Assembly: GCA_951406725.2 (NCBI GenBank)
Contig: OX597819.1
Location: 16,864,001 to 16,928,000, forward strand
DNA from: Octopus vulgaris
Taxonomy: Eukaryota
DNA length: 64,000 nt
Direction: 5' to 3'
In this document: positions 27,831 to 41,927 of the stretch, piece by piece
Layout of the letters: each line of letters starts with the position of its first letter
Numbering within the stretch: the stretch's first letter is position 1
Notes under the pieces: model-generated
What the model was told of the DNA's origin: nothing
Database searches by the model: none
What the model saw: the letters and a program-made list of their open reading frames with translations, nothing else
Made by a program: the position numbers and the translations under genes

Positions 27831-28651
27831 AATTATGACAATTTTGTAGAAAGTAATACTAACTTGCAGCATTGAGATTTAATGGAAAGGCCTTAAAAAA
27901 GAAGTTAGTAGGTTAAAATAAGCAAGAAGTCAAAGAAGAGGGAGAAAGGAGCTACTCGATGGCCTTACCAATTATACATAGAGATACTTAGATAAGTTTC
28001 GGTCAGAATTTGATGAGGCTAAATAGCACTACCTGCAAAAGTCATTTAATCATGTTTTATGTTATAGTCATAATTTGGACACCATTGTCAAAAGAGTCAG
28101 AGGCTCGGTGTTCACTTACGCCAACACTTATAGACATGGCATATGAAAATAATATGCAAGTGAGAGAAGTCATCACTTTAAATTGATCAAGTTCACTCAC
28201 CACTCATACACAAACGTATATATGTATTTATACGCACACATACACAATGTTGTAATGTCTATAGCATATACATATCATATTGCAACGTAGTGTTCAATAC
28301 TAACTCCTCTCTCCGTCTGCCTGTTTGTCTGTCTGTCTCTCACTCACTCTTTCTCTCTCCCTCTCTCTCTGACCTCTATCTGACACAAACACTTGTTCTC
28401 TGTCTTCTACGGTTTGCTTCTTAAGATACAAGGAACACACCTACCTATCTACATTGCTACATAGAGAGGTGTACATACATACATACACACATACATACAT
28501 ACATACATACATACTTACAAACATGTATAATGTGCATGTCTCTGTGTAAGTAATTAGTAGGTCACTGGTTACATCCCTGAGAAATGGTAACGTTGTTATA
28601 TACTTGCAAGGCATATATTTGCATAAATATATGTATACATACACATACTTA

Positions 28652-28739
<88 letters not shown>

Positions 28740-28935
28740 ACGGGAAGCTTAATGAAAATAAACAAAAGACGAAGGCAGGTGGAATACAAGCAAACAATTG
28801 TATTAGTATGGCGCTCAGGAATATCAATAAAACAAGTCTTTTACGTTTCGAGCCTACGCTCTTCAACAGAAAGATACACAGAAAAGAAACACGGAGAGAA
28901 ACAAGGAGAGAAAAAAAATGCGTGCAGAAGCTAGC

Positions 28936-28940
<5 letters not shown>
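28740..28940 (-). mobile_element. Short (TA)n-ended repeat family A, copy 2
   Basis: Minus strand CTTTCTGTTGAAGAGCGTAGGCTCGAAACGTAAAAG (28838-28873), then about 100 nt to (TA)n. Confidence 0.7.
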
Positions 28941-29006
<66 letters not shown>

Positions 29007-29012
29007 TGTATG

Positions 29013-29067
<55 letters not shown>

Positions 29068-29876
29068 ATAGATAGATAGTATGATCAAGTATGTATGCCA
29101 ATGCGAAATCTACGAAAAGGCTAAACAGGTCTGAATAAAGCAAGAAAGAAAATATATAGCATCTGACAGGTAACTTGGGAAGTATACTTTTGTGAATATG
29201 GGTAATATAAGGAAATATTGGATACAGGCGATAATTATAAATTAAGTTTATAAAATCTCTTGGTCACTATACTAATTGATAAAATGAATATCAATTTCGA
29301 AATAAAAAGTGTTTATTACGTTAGAATCAAATTAAATATTCATGAAAAATTGAAAGCGATCCTACACATCGTGCTGATTTTATATCATGGAAGTACACAC
29401 ATCTCTGTTTCTTTCATTCACTCAATCTGAATGCTGCTGCTTTTCTCCTCCTCCTCCTCCTCTGTCTATCATTATTTCTCACTATATGTGATTGTGTCGG
29501 TATATGTATGTATTGTTGATTTACATTTCGTCTGCCACCAAGCCTAGTATGTGCACTCATCACGCAATTATTGTTTACTCTCAATTTATTTTTCTTTTAC
29601 TCTCTCTTCTCCTTTCTCTATATGAGGTAAGGTATGACTGGAGAGAACAACCGATCAACCGACCAATCACCATTTATATCGGTTATTACTATAGTTCTGA
29701 GTTAAACTCTTAGAGCGTTCAATTCATATGACTGAAACAGGTAAAAAAAAAAGAAAAGAATATATATATATATGAACAAACACATGCGTACACACATACA
29801 CACGCATATATATTGTCAGTGAGTTATCTATTAGTTTAATATCATCGGACACAGTATTACTGATTTAGCATATACT

Positions 29877-30108
29877 TATTTCTTTACTACCCACAAGGGT
29901 CTAAACACAGAGGGGACAAACAAGGACAGACAAACGGATTAAGTCGATTTTATCGACCCCAGTGCGTAACTGGTACTTATTTAATCGACCCCGAAAGGAT
30001 GAAAGGCAAAGTCGACCTCGGCGGGATTTGAACTCAGAACGTTGCAGCAGACGAAATACCTTTAAGCATTTCGCCCGGCGTGCTAACGATTCTGCCAGTT
30101 CGCCGCTT
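29877..30108 (-). mobile_element. tRNA-SINE family 1, Tx1-like tail
   Basis: Reverse complement of the first monomer at 24.1 kb. TAGCATATACT at 29866-29876 and 30119-30129 is a probable TSD. Confidence 0.88.
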
Positions 30109-30222
30109 TCTGTGAATGTAGCATATACTGATTTGTTGAATATTGTCACATGACGATATTCGACGCGAAACCGACGGTAACTCTCTGGCCAATTATATAG
30201 CATAACCAGAAATTATTTGTAT

Positions 30223-30276
<54 letters not shown>

Positions 30277-30512
30277 ATGTATGTAACTATGTATGTGTGT
30301 GTCTGCGTGCGTACTTGCGTGTCTGTGTGTGTGTGTATGTATATGTAGACATACGTCAATGTATGCATATATGTATACTATAGCCATACATATAATATGC
30401 ATAAATGCATACGTAGAGACATGAATACGTGCATACAAACACACACACACACACACACACACACTCACTGCTCATAGTTATTTTTCTGGAAAATAAACGA
30501 ATAATAGCTATG

Positions 30513-31641
30513 CACGGGTACTTGAGGATACTTAATTATCAATATATTACTCTCTCCAGTCTATTGAAAAGGGTTTTATAAAACATAAGAAATGAAAAGA
30601 CATGCAATCATTGTTGCAGAACACGACGATTTTCTAAACGTTACAAGATCTTTTTACTCAAACTTTGGATATAATTGGGAATATCAAAGGGGGGAAAACA
30701 TTCTAATAGCTTGCAGACTATTAGAGGACTGCCATCCATTTCACGGTTTCGAAGTATTATCGATGAGGATATCAGGAAAACAATGTGGAACATCGCCAAG
30801 GAAATTCAGGTGTTGACGGGGACTATCCAAACTATGGTGCACGATGACATTCGATACAAATTGTATGTACTAAGGAGAGGCCAATTCATGTCTGCAAAGC
30901 CTCGAGAAAACTATTTGACCCATGCACAGCGGTTTCTTAACAATGTTAAAAATCCTCACTAACATTGCATGCTTTGGTTCTTCTCTGATGAGAAAATCAC
31001 TTCCGACGAGAGCAGAAATCTAATAGGAGAAATGACAAATGGCTACGAGTAGATCTTTTTGATTTCCTCAGAATGATGCAAACGGTGTTTCCAGCAAATG
31101 TGATTTTGTTTTAGGATTGGTGAGTAACGAAAGTCACGTCATGCCACCTCACAGTTTTTCACAGAATTTTAGAATTATTGCTGCAGGATATATTGAGGTG
31201 CTGGAAACAGTAGTTAAGCCCTGAATGCATGAAAAATTTCTCACAGGACTGATGGAACGCAAGAAGTACGTTTATGATCATGTAACATTGATGTTTTGGC
31301 GTCCAAATTCGTCAGATTTAAGTCCTATGGACTTCTACATTTGGAACGTTGTTGAAAAGGAGACGAAGTGACATGCTCATAATACTATACTTTCACTAAA
31401 AGCCACCATTGTCCAGGTAATGTCGAAAGTTAAAGACGATTTCGTGCAGGCATATTAACGACTTTGGTATTGCCCTGAAGCAGTAATCAAAGATGAAGAC
31501 GGATTCACAGAGTAATCTTATGAGAAAGCTTATCGAGAACATTTACACAAATTTGTATTAGAGTCTTTTTTTTTTACAAGATTAAAGGTTCTTTTTTGTT
31601 AAATTACCAAATATGCCCTCAGATTACCTCTCGTACCCTTT
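30513..31641 (+). mobile_element. Decayed mariner-like transposon (probably maT/DD37D type)
   Basis: Frameshifted transposase: HTH-like IIDEDIRKTMWNIAKEIQV, WFFSDEK (30975-30995), WRPNSSDLSPMDFYIW (from about 31297, third catalytic residue D). Degenerate GGGTAC..GAGG TIR at both ends. The second-D region is deleted, so spacing cannot be counted. Confidence 0.8.
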
Positions 31642-31976
31642 ATACTCACTCACACAAACACGTACGCTCACATACACACACATACAATTAGATACATTTC
31701 TATATGTATATTTCATACATTGATAAAGTATCTATAAGTTATATATAAAGAAGTACAGTATATAACTATGTGTTTAAGAAGTTCGCTTCGTAATTTCGTG
31801 CTTCCGTGTTTGATCCAATGGGTTTGAACTAGCCTAATAGGCCCGTGGCTTCGAAACGGACTTAAATTGCTCTGTCTGTCTGTCTATCTGTCTGTCTGTC
31901 TATCTGTCTGTCTGTCTGTCTGTCTATCTGTCTGTCTGTCTATCTGTCTGTCTGTCTATCTGTCTCTCTCTCTCTC

Positions 31977-32033
<57 letters not shown>

Positions 32034-32331
32034 ATTAAAAAGGTTGTTGTGTAAGGCCGAAACAATGCGAAAAGGTGTGTAAAGTAAACTACGAAAGGAA
32101 GGAAAACAGAAAAAAGTTGCAGTTTTACCTTGTAAAACAGGAGACAGAGGAAAGTCCAATAGAAAAGGAAGACGGAGGAAAAAAATCGCCAACGATTCAC
32201 ATATAGTTACATTTTGAGAATGTGTGCGTATATATATATTAATAAATTCTAGGGTAGCAAAGAAATTTAGAAAATTTCTTTGCTACCAGTGGTCTAGCGA
32301 GAAGAAAAAACTAGTCAATAGACTATATATT

Positions 32332-32443
32332 ATTCATATAAAAATACAGTGTACATTTAAACACATAAGAGATGGCCATAACAGGATGTCCTGTTATGGC
32401 CATCTCTTATGTGTTTAAATGTACACAGTATTTGTATATGAAT
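32332..32443. repeat. Long palindrome (38-bp perfect arms, 2-nt spacer; 55 bp with 2 mismatches)
   Basis: 32349-32386 is the exact reverse complement of 32389-32426. Confidence 0.95.
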
Positions 32444-32592
32444 TATATATATATATACACGATGGGCTTCTTTCAGTTTCCGTCTACCAAATCCACTCAC
32501 AAGGCATTGGTCGGCCGGAGTTATAATGCGATGCAGTGGGACTGAACCGATGGAAATACGCTTCAAAACAACACATCCGCACCTATATATAT

Positions 32593-32671
<79 letters not shown>

Positions 32672-33295
32672 CGTGCGTGCGTGTGCGTCTTTGCGTTTGT
32701 GTTGTGTTTCTCCACCGTTTGACAACTGGTGTCAGTTTGTGTGCTTAGTGGTGTTTTGAAAGTGTCCGATAGAATAAAATACAAGGCTTAAAAAAATAAG
32801 TATTGGATGCGACGTTTTCGACTAAAACCCATCGTGATTCTGTCCAATGATTGAAACGGGTAAAAGAAGACTCACGAAGACTGCATTGGTTGGCTGATTG
32901 CTGAATTGCCTGATGTGTGAGTCAGAGGTAGCATTGTCATGTGTGCATTAAAGGTATGAGTTGCGTTGGATATTGGTGCATCATTGAGATCGAATCACTG
33001 AAATGGTATTTGATAGCAATATTTGGATTGTTTCGGAGAAGTTTAAAAGGCATCGCAGACAATTACAAGGAAAAGAGTGTAGATACTCGATTGCAACCTA
33101 GTTAAAGTCACACATATTTAACATTGGAAACAGTTTTGAGACTTGGATTCGATGACATGCCGTCCTGCACCACTTGAAGCAGTGACGTGCAGTGGGTTGA
33201 GCAATCAAACGCATGATAAACCATCCATATGTCTTCTCTTGGCAACCGTTAAATACCTTTTCCGAGTTGTAGAAGAGAATGCATCGTACTTTCTC

Positions 33296-33344
<49 letters not shown>

Positions 33345-34069
33345 ACACATGCTTATATGCATACGGAACAGGTTTTCTCCCTATAATGTTATATTGAAAT
33401 CCTATTGTGTTGGAGTTTAATAATTTTATATTAAAGGTATTCCATATACCCTGTTCTTATGTTTGGTTTAGAAGAATGACATTCTTAATTCCGTTAGCAC
33501 TTCAAAACCTCAATCCCATCTTCTGAAAGAAATGACATGTTTGTCACTTCGTTTAGTAATAGGCAACATGGGATCGTTGGAATGATGTAAATGTTAAAAT
33601 CATCATGGACGAATTTTAAAATTGCTTAAAAGTTAAATCTTTTCAATTTCTGTAGTTCATTCCACGTGTTTTATTTTTGTATTAATTTTCGTTTCTAATT
33701 TAACGATTACTAAAGTTTCCATCAATAATTTTTTAGTGGAAAACTTCTGTAGATAATTTTTTTATGTACGATGCTAATGTTTTTAGCTTAATTGTTTTCT
33801 AATTTTGTTTCGTGTTCTGTATGATAATGTTCTGTCATGACGCTCAGTGAATACATGGTCAACCAATGAAAAAGGGCAGAAGTTTTTGTGCAATCTAATA
33901 GTTTGAGTCATGAAGTTCACAATTTTCATATTTATATCCATTGCATTAGTTTTCTGAATTGTGTTGTGTAGTTTACCGGTTTGTTGTTTCAAATTAAAGA
34001 GAAGGTTTTTAGCTCTCATGTGTTTTGTAACATTTTCTGTTTGTGATTAGGTGTAATATATATGTTCTA

Positions 34070-34291
34070 AGGCGGCTAGCAGGCAGAAACGTTAGCATGC
34101 CGGGCGAAATGTTTAGTGGTATTTCGTCTGTTTTTACATTCTGAGTTCAAATTCCGCCGAGGTCAACTTTACCTTTCATCCTTTCGGGGTCGATAAATTA
34201 AGTAACAGTTGCGTACTGAGTTTCGATCTAATCGACTGGCCTCCTTCCCAAAACGTTCGACTCTTGTGCCCAGAGTAGAAAAGAATATATG
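34070..34291 (+). mobile_element. tRNA-SINE family 1, second tail type, 10-bp TSD
   Basis: Full head and core. ATATGTTCTA at 34060-34069 and 34292-34301. Confidence 0.88.
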
Positions 34292-34981
34292 ATATGTTCT
34301 ATTTCAAGAGACTTTTTACTGACTTACATGCGAATTCTATGATAATGGTTGATTGTGTATATGCAAGCCTGACCGAATGGTTAAGACATTCGCTCTGTAT
34401 TACGTTGTCGTAGATTCGCTTCTACTGCCTGGCATCTTAGTGTCCTCAATAACATCGAAACCACCGGAGCCCACTCAGTGAAAATAGGTTGACGGAAATT
34501 GTGTCAGATAAACTATAACTATTTCAAAGGTTCAGTTTTGTCTTGCTCCGTGTCACACAAATTCCGCTAGAGGGCTATGGCAAGGATAGCTTATTGTAGA
34601 GCACTCAGTTGTTTACACATTCAATGAGTTGGTAACTCGGTTGATTGAATTGTCATCGTCGAAATAGCTGAGAGATTCATAAATATATAAAGCAAACTTA
34701 TTTAAATAAACGGAACTAAATGAACGGAAGATGATGGGGGGGGGGGGGGGCAAATAAGATTCGATCGCCTGTCCTTTGAAAGATCCCAACTATTTTGTTG
34801 TGTACATTGCTACTGGCCGTTATCATATAAAGTGTATATAAATGTGTAAATACGTGTTAATGTGTATGAATGTGGTAGCTCTTTGTATGTTTATATTTAC
34901 CCAAGCTTGTTTATCCGTGTGTGTGGTCTGTCTGCGTGCGTTTTCTTTCTCTGCCGTGTGATCGAATTTATCCCAAATGTA

Positions 34982-35021
<40 letters not shown>

Positions 35022-35229
35022 CGCGCGATTTTTTTAAAGGTGTGTCCACGTACTTCTCTTTGTGTTTCTATCTTTGTGTGCGTGTGTCTGTACTCAAGTG
35101 TAATTCTTTTTCTCTGTGTGTGTGTGTGAGCCTATCGCAGTTTCATTCCTCCGTTTTCCTCCGTAAGTCTTTCACACACACGCATGCCTACACCATCCCC
35201 TGCTCTCTCAATTTTAGAATAAGATCCAA

Positions 35230-35351
<122 letters not shown>

Positions 35352-35533
35352 CTTACCTTCCAGCCAACCAACCAACCAACCAACCAGCCAACCAACCAAC
35401 CAACCAACCAACCAACCAACCAGCCAACCAACCAACCAACCAACCAACCAGCCAACCAACCAACCAACCAACCAACCAATCAACCAACCAGCCAACCTAC
35501 CTATCAACCAACCTATCTGCCTACCTGCCAGCC

Positions 35534-35584
<51 letters not shown>

Positions 35585-36239
35585 ACATACACGCATTAGT
35601 AACGAACTAAAAAGTAATCAACACCGCATTGGTAGATGAATAATTTCTTTTAATAGTAGAATGGTGTTAATACGATACCAATAGTTTCATATATGCCAGA
35701 TATAGATATAAATATATGTGCGTGTGTGCATGTATAGAGAAATATAAAGATATACATGTATGCATGTATGTATATCCATCTCTTCCGGTTTCGATAATTT
35801 CACACATACATACACTCGTATGCACGCATACTTACATACGCACGCGCGCACACACTCTCTCTCTCTCCATCTCAAACACCACTAACTTCCACCGACCGAC
35901 CGACCGATCGTTCGTCAGACCATCGTTCCTTTCCCACACTGTACTGAACTTAATTCTCTCCAATGTTATCTTCACACACGCCGCCGTCATACTCACCACT
36001 ACCATCACTACCGCTGCTGCTGCTGCTACTACTACTACTACTACTACTATTGCTGCTGCTGTTACCGCCGACGTTGCTGCTGCTATTGCCTCTGCTTCTA
36101 CTGCTGCTGCTGCTGCCTAAGACTGTTTGGAAGACGGAGTAGAAGCCGGCAGTTTATTTGGACCAAAAGCAGAAAAGAGCGAGTTGCAGTGGCGGGACCT
36201 GTCACAGCTCACAACTCACCACGCACACACACACACATA

Positions 36240-36287
<48 letters not shown>

Positions 36288-36297
36288 AATAAACCTT

Positions 36298-36337
<40 letters not shown>

Positions 36338-36869
36338 CTACATATTTTTCCGTCTTTAATTTATCCATATTTTCTTCTTTTTTCCCATACACCTTCAGAT
36401 TTTCTCCTCATTATATATAATATACACATTTCTAATACATACCTGTTTCATTATACACACTCGACCTCATTATACACACACGTTTACATTACACCACGCT
36501 CACGCACATTCTCTTTATACATACAACTAATCGTTATATACAGTTTCTCATACTATCAGCTTCAAATAATACAGTCTTTATACGTGCACTTTCTCATTAT
36601 ACACACACAAATACTCATTACACACACGCCTTCTCATACAGTCTCTCGTCATTATAAACACATTCTCTTTATACGCAAACGTTCTTGTTATGTGTACAAA
36701 GTCTTATATATACATTCTCTCTCGCTATGTACATACATACAATTTCTCATTTATATACATAGCTTCCTTTTTACATAGTCTTATTTTATCGCATATATAG
36801 GCACGCGCGCACGCACTCACACATACAGAGACTTTCTCATCTCTTATAGTAAACATTTCCATCAATCCA

Positions 36870-36914
<45 letters not shown>

Positions 36915-36917
<3 letters not shown>

Positions 36918-37066
36918 TGAAATAGCAGCCAGTCTCCCACACACGCACACTACTGTCATAAGAGAACATTTCATAATGTAGTCTTGGATATTCATAAAAA
37001 AATTAGGTTGATCATAGCTTGAACACTTTTGCTGATAAGTCTGTTCCATCAGACTTGACCCGGGAT

Positions 37067-37109
<43 letters not shown>

Positions 37110-37110
37110 A
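36915..37110 (+). mobile_element. Old SINE-like family 3 ending in (CAA)n; related copies near 27110, 38220, 38500, 48740, 50565, 62545 (+) and 20160, 63800 (-)
   Basis: Shared GAAATAGCAGC...GT.CTAGA...TGACC.GGG..TAAACAACAAC blocks. Confidence 0.6.
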
Positions 37111-37172
37111 TACCATCCTGCCAGTTCAACATCTTCGATAAATATCTCTCTTTTTCTATTTCAAAACAACAC

Positions 37173-37272
<100 letters not shown>

Positions 37273-37467
37273 ATCTATCTTTCTGTCTGTCTCTCTGTCT
37301 CTCTCTCAATATATGCACAAATCACTCTTCCTTCTTTGTCTAATATTCTCTCGCCCCCGATTTCTTTTTATATTGTTTACTTGATTGTTCAACTAGTACA
37401 GCTTCTTCTTCTTCTTCTTCTTCTTCTTCTTCTTCTTCTTCTTCTTCTTCTTCTTCTTCTTTGCTAT

Positions 37468-37522
<55 letters not shown>

Positions 37523-37611
37523 GCTACTACACTCGTTTTTTTTTCTCTTTCATTCAACACAAACACGTTCACGCAAATCCGTGCACAAATACGCACTCAT
37601 ATTTATCTAAC

Positions 37612-37698
<87 letters not shown>

Positions 37699-37724
37699 GT
37701 CTGTCTGTCTGTCTGTCTAGCAAG

Positions 37725-37781
<57 letters not shown>

Positions 37782-37914
37782 ATGTATGTATGTGTATAAA
37801 TATGTGTATATGTATGTGTATATATATGTATATATATATATGTGTGTGTATATATATATATATGTGTGTGTATATATATATGTGTGTATGTGTGTGTGTA
37901 TATATATATGTATG

Positions 37915-37955
<41 letters not shown>

Positions 37956-38719
37956 TTTGCTCTCTCTCTCTCTCTCTCTCTCTCTCGCTCCACACACACA
38001 TACTCCGTTTCATGTGCACACATATCTCTCTTCGCATATTAGCTCTTTACGCGCGCGCGCTCAACTCTCTGCCTCTCACTTTTCAACGTTTATCTCACTC
38101 AGTTTCTCTCTCTCTCTCTCTCTGTCTCTCTCTCCCTCTCCACACCTCCTACTCTTCCATGTATACCACTTGCTCCTCAGAACACCAGTTCCCATCATTA
38201 CTATTTCTATATCGCTAGCCAATGCGGGTACTTGCACATGCTCCGAATTCATTCAGCCTGTAAGAAATAGCAGCGAAATCTTGCTCAAAGCACAGCCTTC
38301 CATCATTAAAAAGGACAGGCGAGTCATTGTAGTCCTAGACAGAAAAAACCCAGAAATAAAAAGATTACGGCTGGAATGAATTTTATCTCGAATCGGTCGG
38401 ATTAAAGCTGACATGTGGTTAAACAACAGCAACAACAACTGCAAGAGCAACGACAACTTTTTTTTTTAATCCGTTTTAATATAGACTGTCACACTTTCGC
38501 ACGGTCGGAACTGCGAAGTCTATGCGTTGTCTGCTAGAAATAGCAGCCAAATCTACTTCGAATTACACCCTAACATCATATAAAAAAAAAAAGGAAGGCT
38601 TGACTGGATAACGTTGTCCTAGATATACCCCGTCAGAGAAAAGTAAGAGGTAGAACACATAATTACAAACGGCTTAATAACAATCATCGCCATTATTATT
38701 ACCTTCAGCACCAGCCCCT

Positions 38720-38770
38720 ATCATCATCATACCATCATCATCATCATCATCATCATCATACCATCATCAC

Positions 38771-38829
<59 letters not shown>

Positions 38830-38845
38830 CCATCATCATCACCAT

Positions 38846-38908
<63 letters not shown>

Positions 38909-38920
38909 CATCATCACCAC

Positions 38921-38985
<65 letters not shown>

Positions 38986-39014
38986 CCACCATCATCATCA
39001 TCATCATCATCATC
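38720..39014. repeat. (CAT)n trinucleotide array with CAC/CAG interruptions
   Basis: Read directly from the sequence. Confidence 0.97.
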
Positions 39015-39169
39015 TTCTTGTTTTCGGACTTTCTGTTTTATTTGGACAACAGATAAAATATTAGGTGTTTTTTTTTTTTGCGAGCACGCTTGTGTGTGTA
39101 TGTTTTGTGTGTGTGTTCGCGTGTGCATGCGGCGTGCGTCTCCGGCCGAACTCGTGCGTAACTTTTATC

Positions 39170-39693
<524 letters not shown>

Positions 39694-39811
39694 ATATATA
39701 TGTATGTATATATATATATGTATGTATATATATATATATATATATATATAAGTATGTATATATATATAAGTATGTATATATATATGTATGTATATATATA
39801 TATATGTATGT

Positions 39812-39892
<81 letters not shown>

Positions 39893-39942
39893 GGTATGTA
39901 TATATATATATATATGTATGTATATATATATATATATGTATG

Positions 39943-39973
<31 letters not shown>

Positions 39974-40532
39974 GCATATATATGTATATATATACTTTTC
40001 AAAGGAAAGGATTTCTCAGACCGACAGATAGCCCGACTGTCACTCCAGTGCAGGCCCAAACCGGAAGGAGGCACGGACACTCACCCCATCTGGTGGTGCT
40101 CGGTGGATGGTAAGTCAGCGTCGGCCACAGAGGGCTCCTGTGTGGTAGTTGCATGTGGCGTGGCGATACAGCATACTCGGTGTGGGGCGGGTGGGTGGAG
40201 ACGTGCGCATTAAGGGTGCAGGAATTAGTGGCAGGTTTAGTCGCCTTGTCAGGATTCGATTTAGTCGCAGCATCCACATATAGAAAGGTTATCATTATAC
40301 TTTGTTCCCTACTTTACACCGAAGCCCAACCGGTCGACACTGGAGCCACAGCCTGAGGGTTAGATTTAAACAGCTTGACCGTGTTCTTATTAATATTTGA
40401 TGGAATCTATGCTGGGTGGGAAGAGGTAACTCATATATATGTGTCTGTGTGTGTGTACATGCATGCGTGTGTGTGTGTGTGCGCGTGTGCGTGTTTCTGC
40501 GTGAATCTGTATATGTATATATGTATATGTGC

Positions 40533-40622
<90 letters not shown>

Positions 40623-40659
40623 TTGTCTATCTGTCTGTCTGTCTACTTATATATATATG

Positions 40660-40840
40660 TAGTTGAAATTTATAGAAAAACAAAAGACGAAGACAGGTGT
40701 ATGAACAACAAGCAGATGTATAAGTTTGACACTCAGTAAAATGAGAAAGGTTTTTACTTTTCGAGCCTACGCTCTTCAACAGAAAAGAATAAGAGAAAAT
40801 AAACAGGGAACGAAAAAAGAAAAACCTGTAGATTTAGCAG
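40660..40840 (-). mobile_element. Short (TA)n-ended repeat family A, copy 3
   Basis: Minus strand TTTTCTGTTGAAGAGCGTAGGCTCGAAAAGTAAAAA (40751-40786), same downstream tail to (TA)n. Confidence 0.7.
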
Positions 40841-41575
40841 TCAAGCATGGCGCTTGATTATAAAAAAAAGTTTGAAAGAAGTTTGAAAGAAGTTTGAAGG
40901 GAGATAAGAGACTGATGGTGATCCCACATAATGGGGCGCGTGCGTATGTGTGTATGTAAGAATGGTGTGACTTTGACGTGTGTGGGTGTGTGCATCTGTA
41001 ACGTGTGGCTGCTCATATAGTGGTATGTGTGGTGATTCTACTGAAGGTTGTGTGTGGGTGGGTGTGTGGATGATGGTATGTGAGTGCGTGTGTGCTGGGA
41101 AGTGGTCAGTGCTAGTGTGTGTGTTGTGGTGTGGGGGTGGGGATAGGATGTTGGGTGGTTGGGATGATATCAATGAAGAAAGGAGGTGGTTAGGAAGTAT
41201 ATCCAACTTAACATGAATGTTTTGTTAAAACACTGAATACTGCGTTATTAGTTCCATTTGTATTTTATAAGTGTGTTATGTATATTACATTTGCTGCTAC
41301 GATATATAGAATATCAGCCTGTTTTCAGACGCTGACTTTGCAAATAGCCAGAAGGCTTATTAAAAATGTAGCAGCAAGGTTTAGCTGGCATGTGGCGACC
41401 GGACGCCTCCCATTCATAGCTTCTAATAGAATAAAATCACGTGATATAGAAGTTCCGGTGCCCATGACAGACGATTCTCGTCTGCTACGATCTATGCTTT
41501 TCTGCACCAAGTACCTATATGAGAAGATCTCAGAAAGCCAGTATTCGGTGTTTAATAAGACATCCATGTTAAGTT

Positions 41576-41627
<52 letters not shown>

Positions 41628-41786
41628 ATCCTGGGGTTACCAGTTCATAGGAACATGGTTAGGCTACTTAAAGTAAAGAACTTAATATGGGAAGTCCGAG
41701 TGTCAATATAGTTTATAAAGCACATACGGCATGTGCGCGCGCACACTTGAATATTTCGTAATACCTCTTGCAATATATGTTTAGGT

Positions 41787-41927
41787 TCCGCCGAGGTCGA
41801 CTTTGCCTTTCATCCTCTCGGTGTCGATAAATTAAGTACCAGTTGCGTACTGGGGTCAATCTAATCGACTGCCCTCCCCCCTCGAAAAAAAAAAAATTCG
41901 GGCCTTGTGCTTAGAGTAGAAAGGAAC
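41787..41927 (+). mobile_element. 5'-truncated SINE family 1 copy, 12-bp TSD
   Basis: Core plus tail type 2. ATATGTTTAGGT at 41775-41786 and 41928-41939. Confidence 0.88.

Noticed and set aside
35880-36230. Possible alternative Musashi first exon or promoter
   Set aside because: UTR-like composition only; no clear donor or motif cluster.
38727-39128. Poly-Asp/poly-Met ORFs (also poly-His/Arg at 18753-18971)
   Set aside because: Pure (CAT)n/(CGT)n microsatellites.
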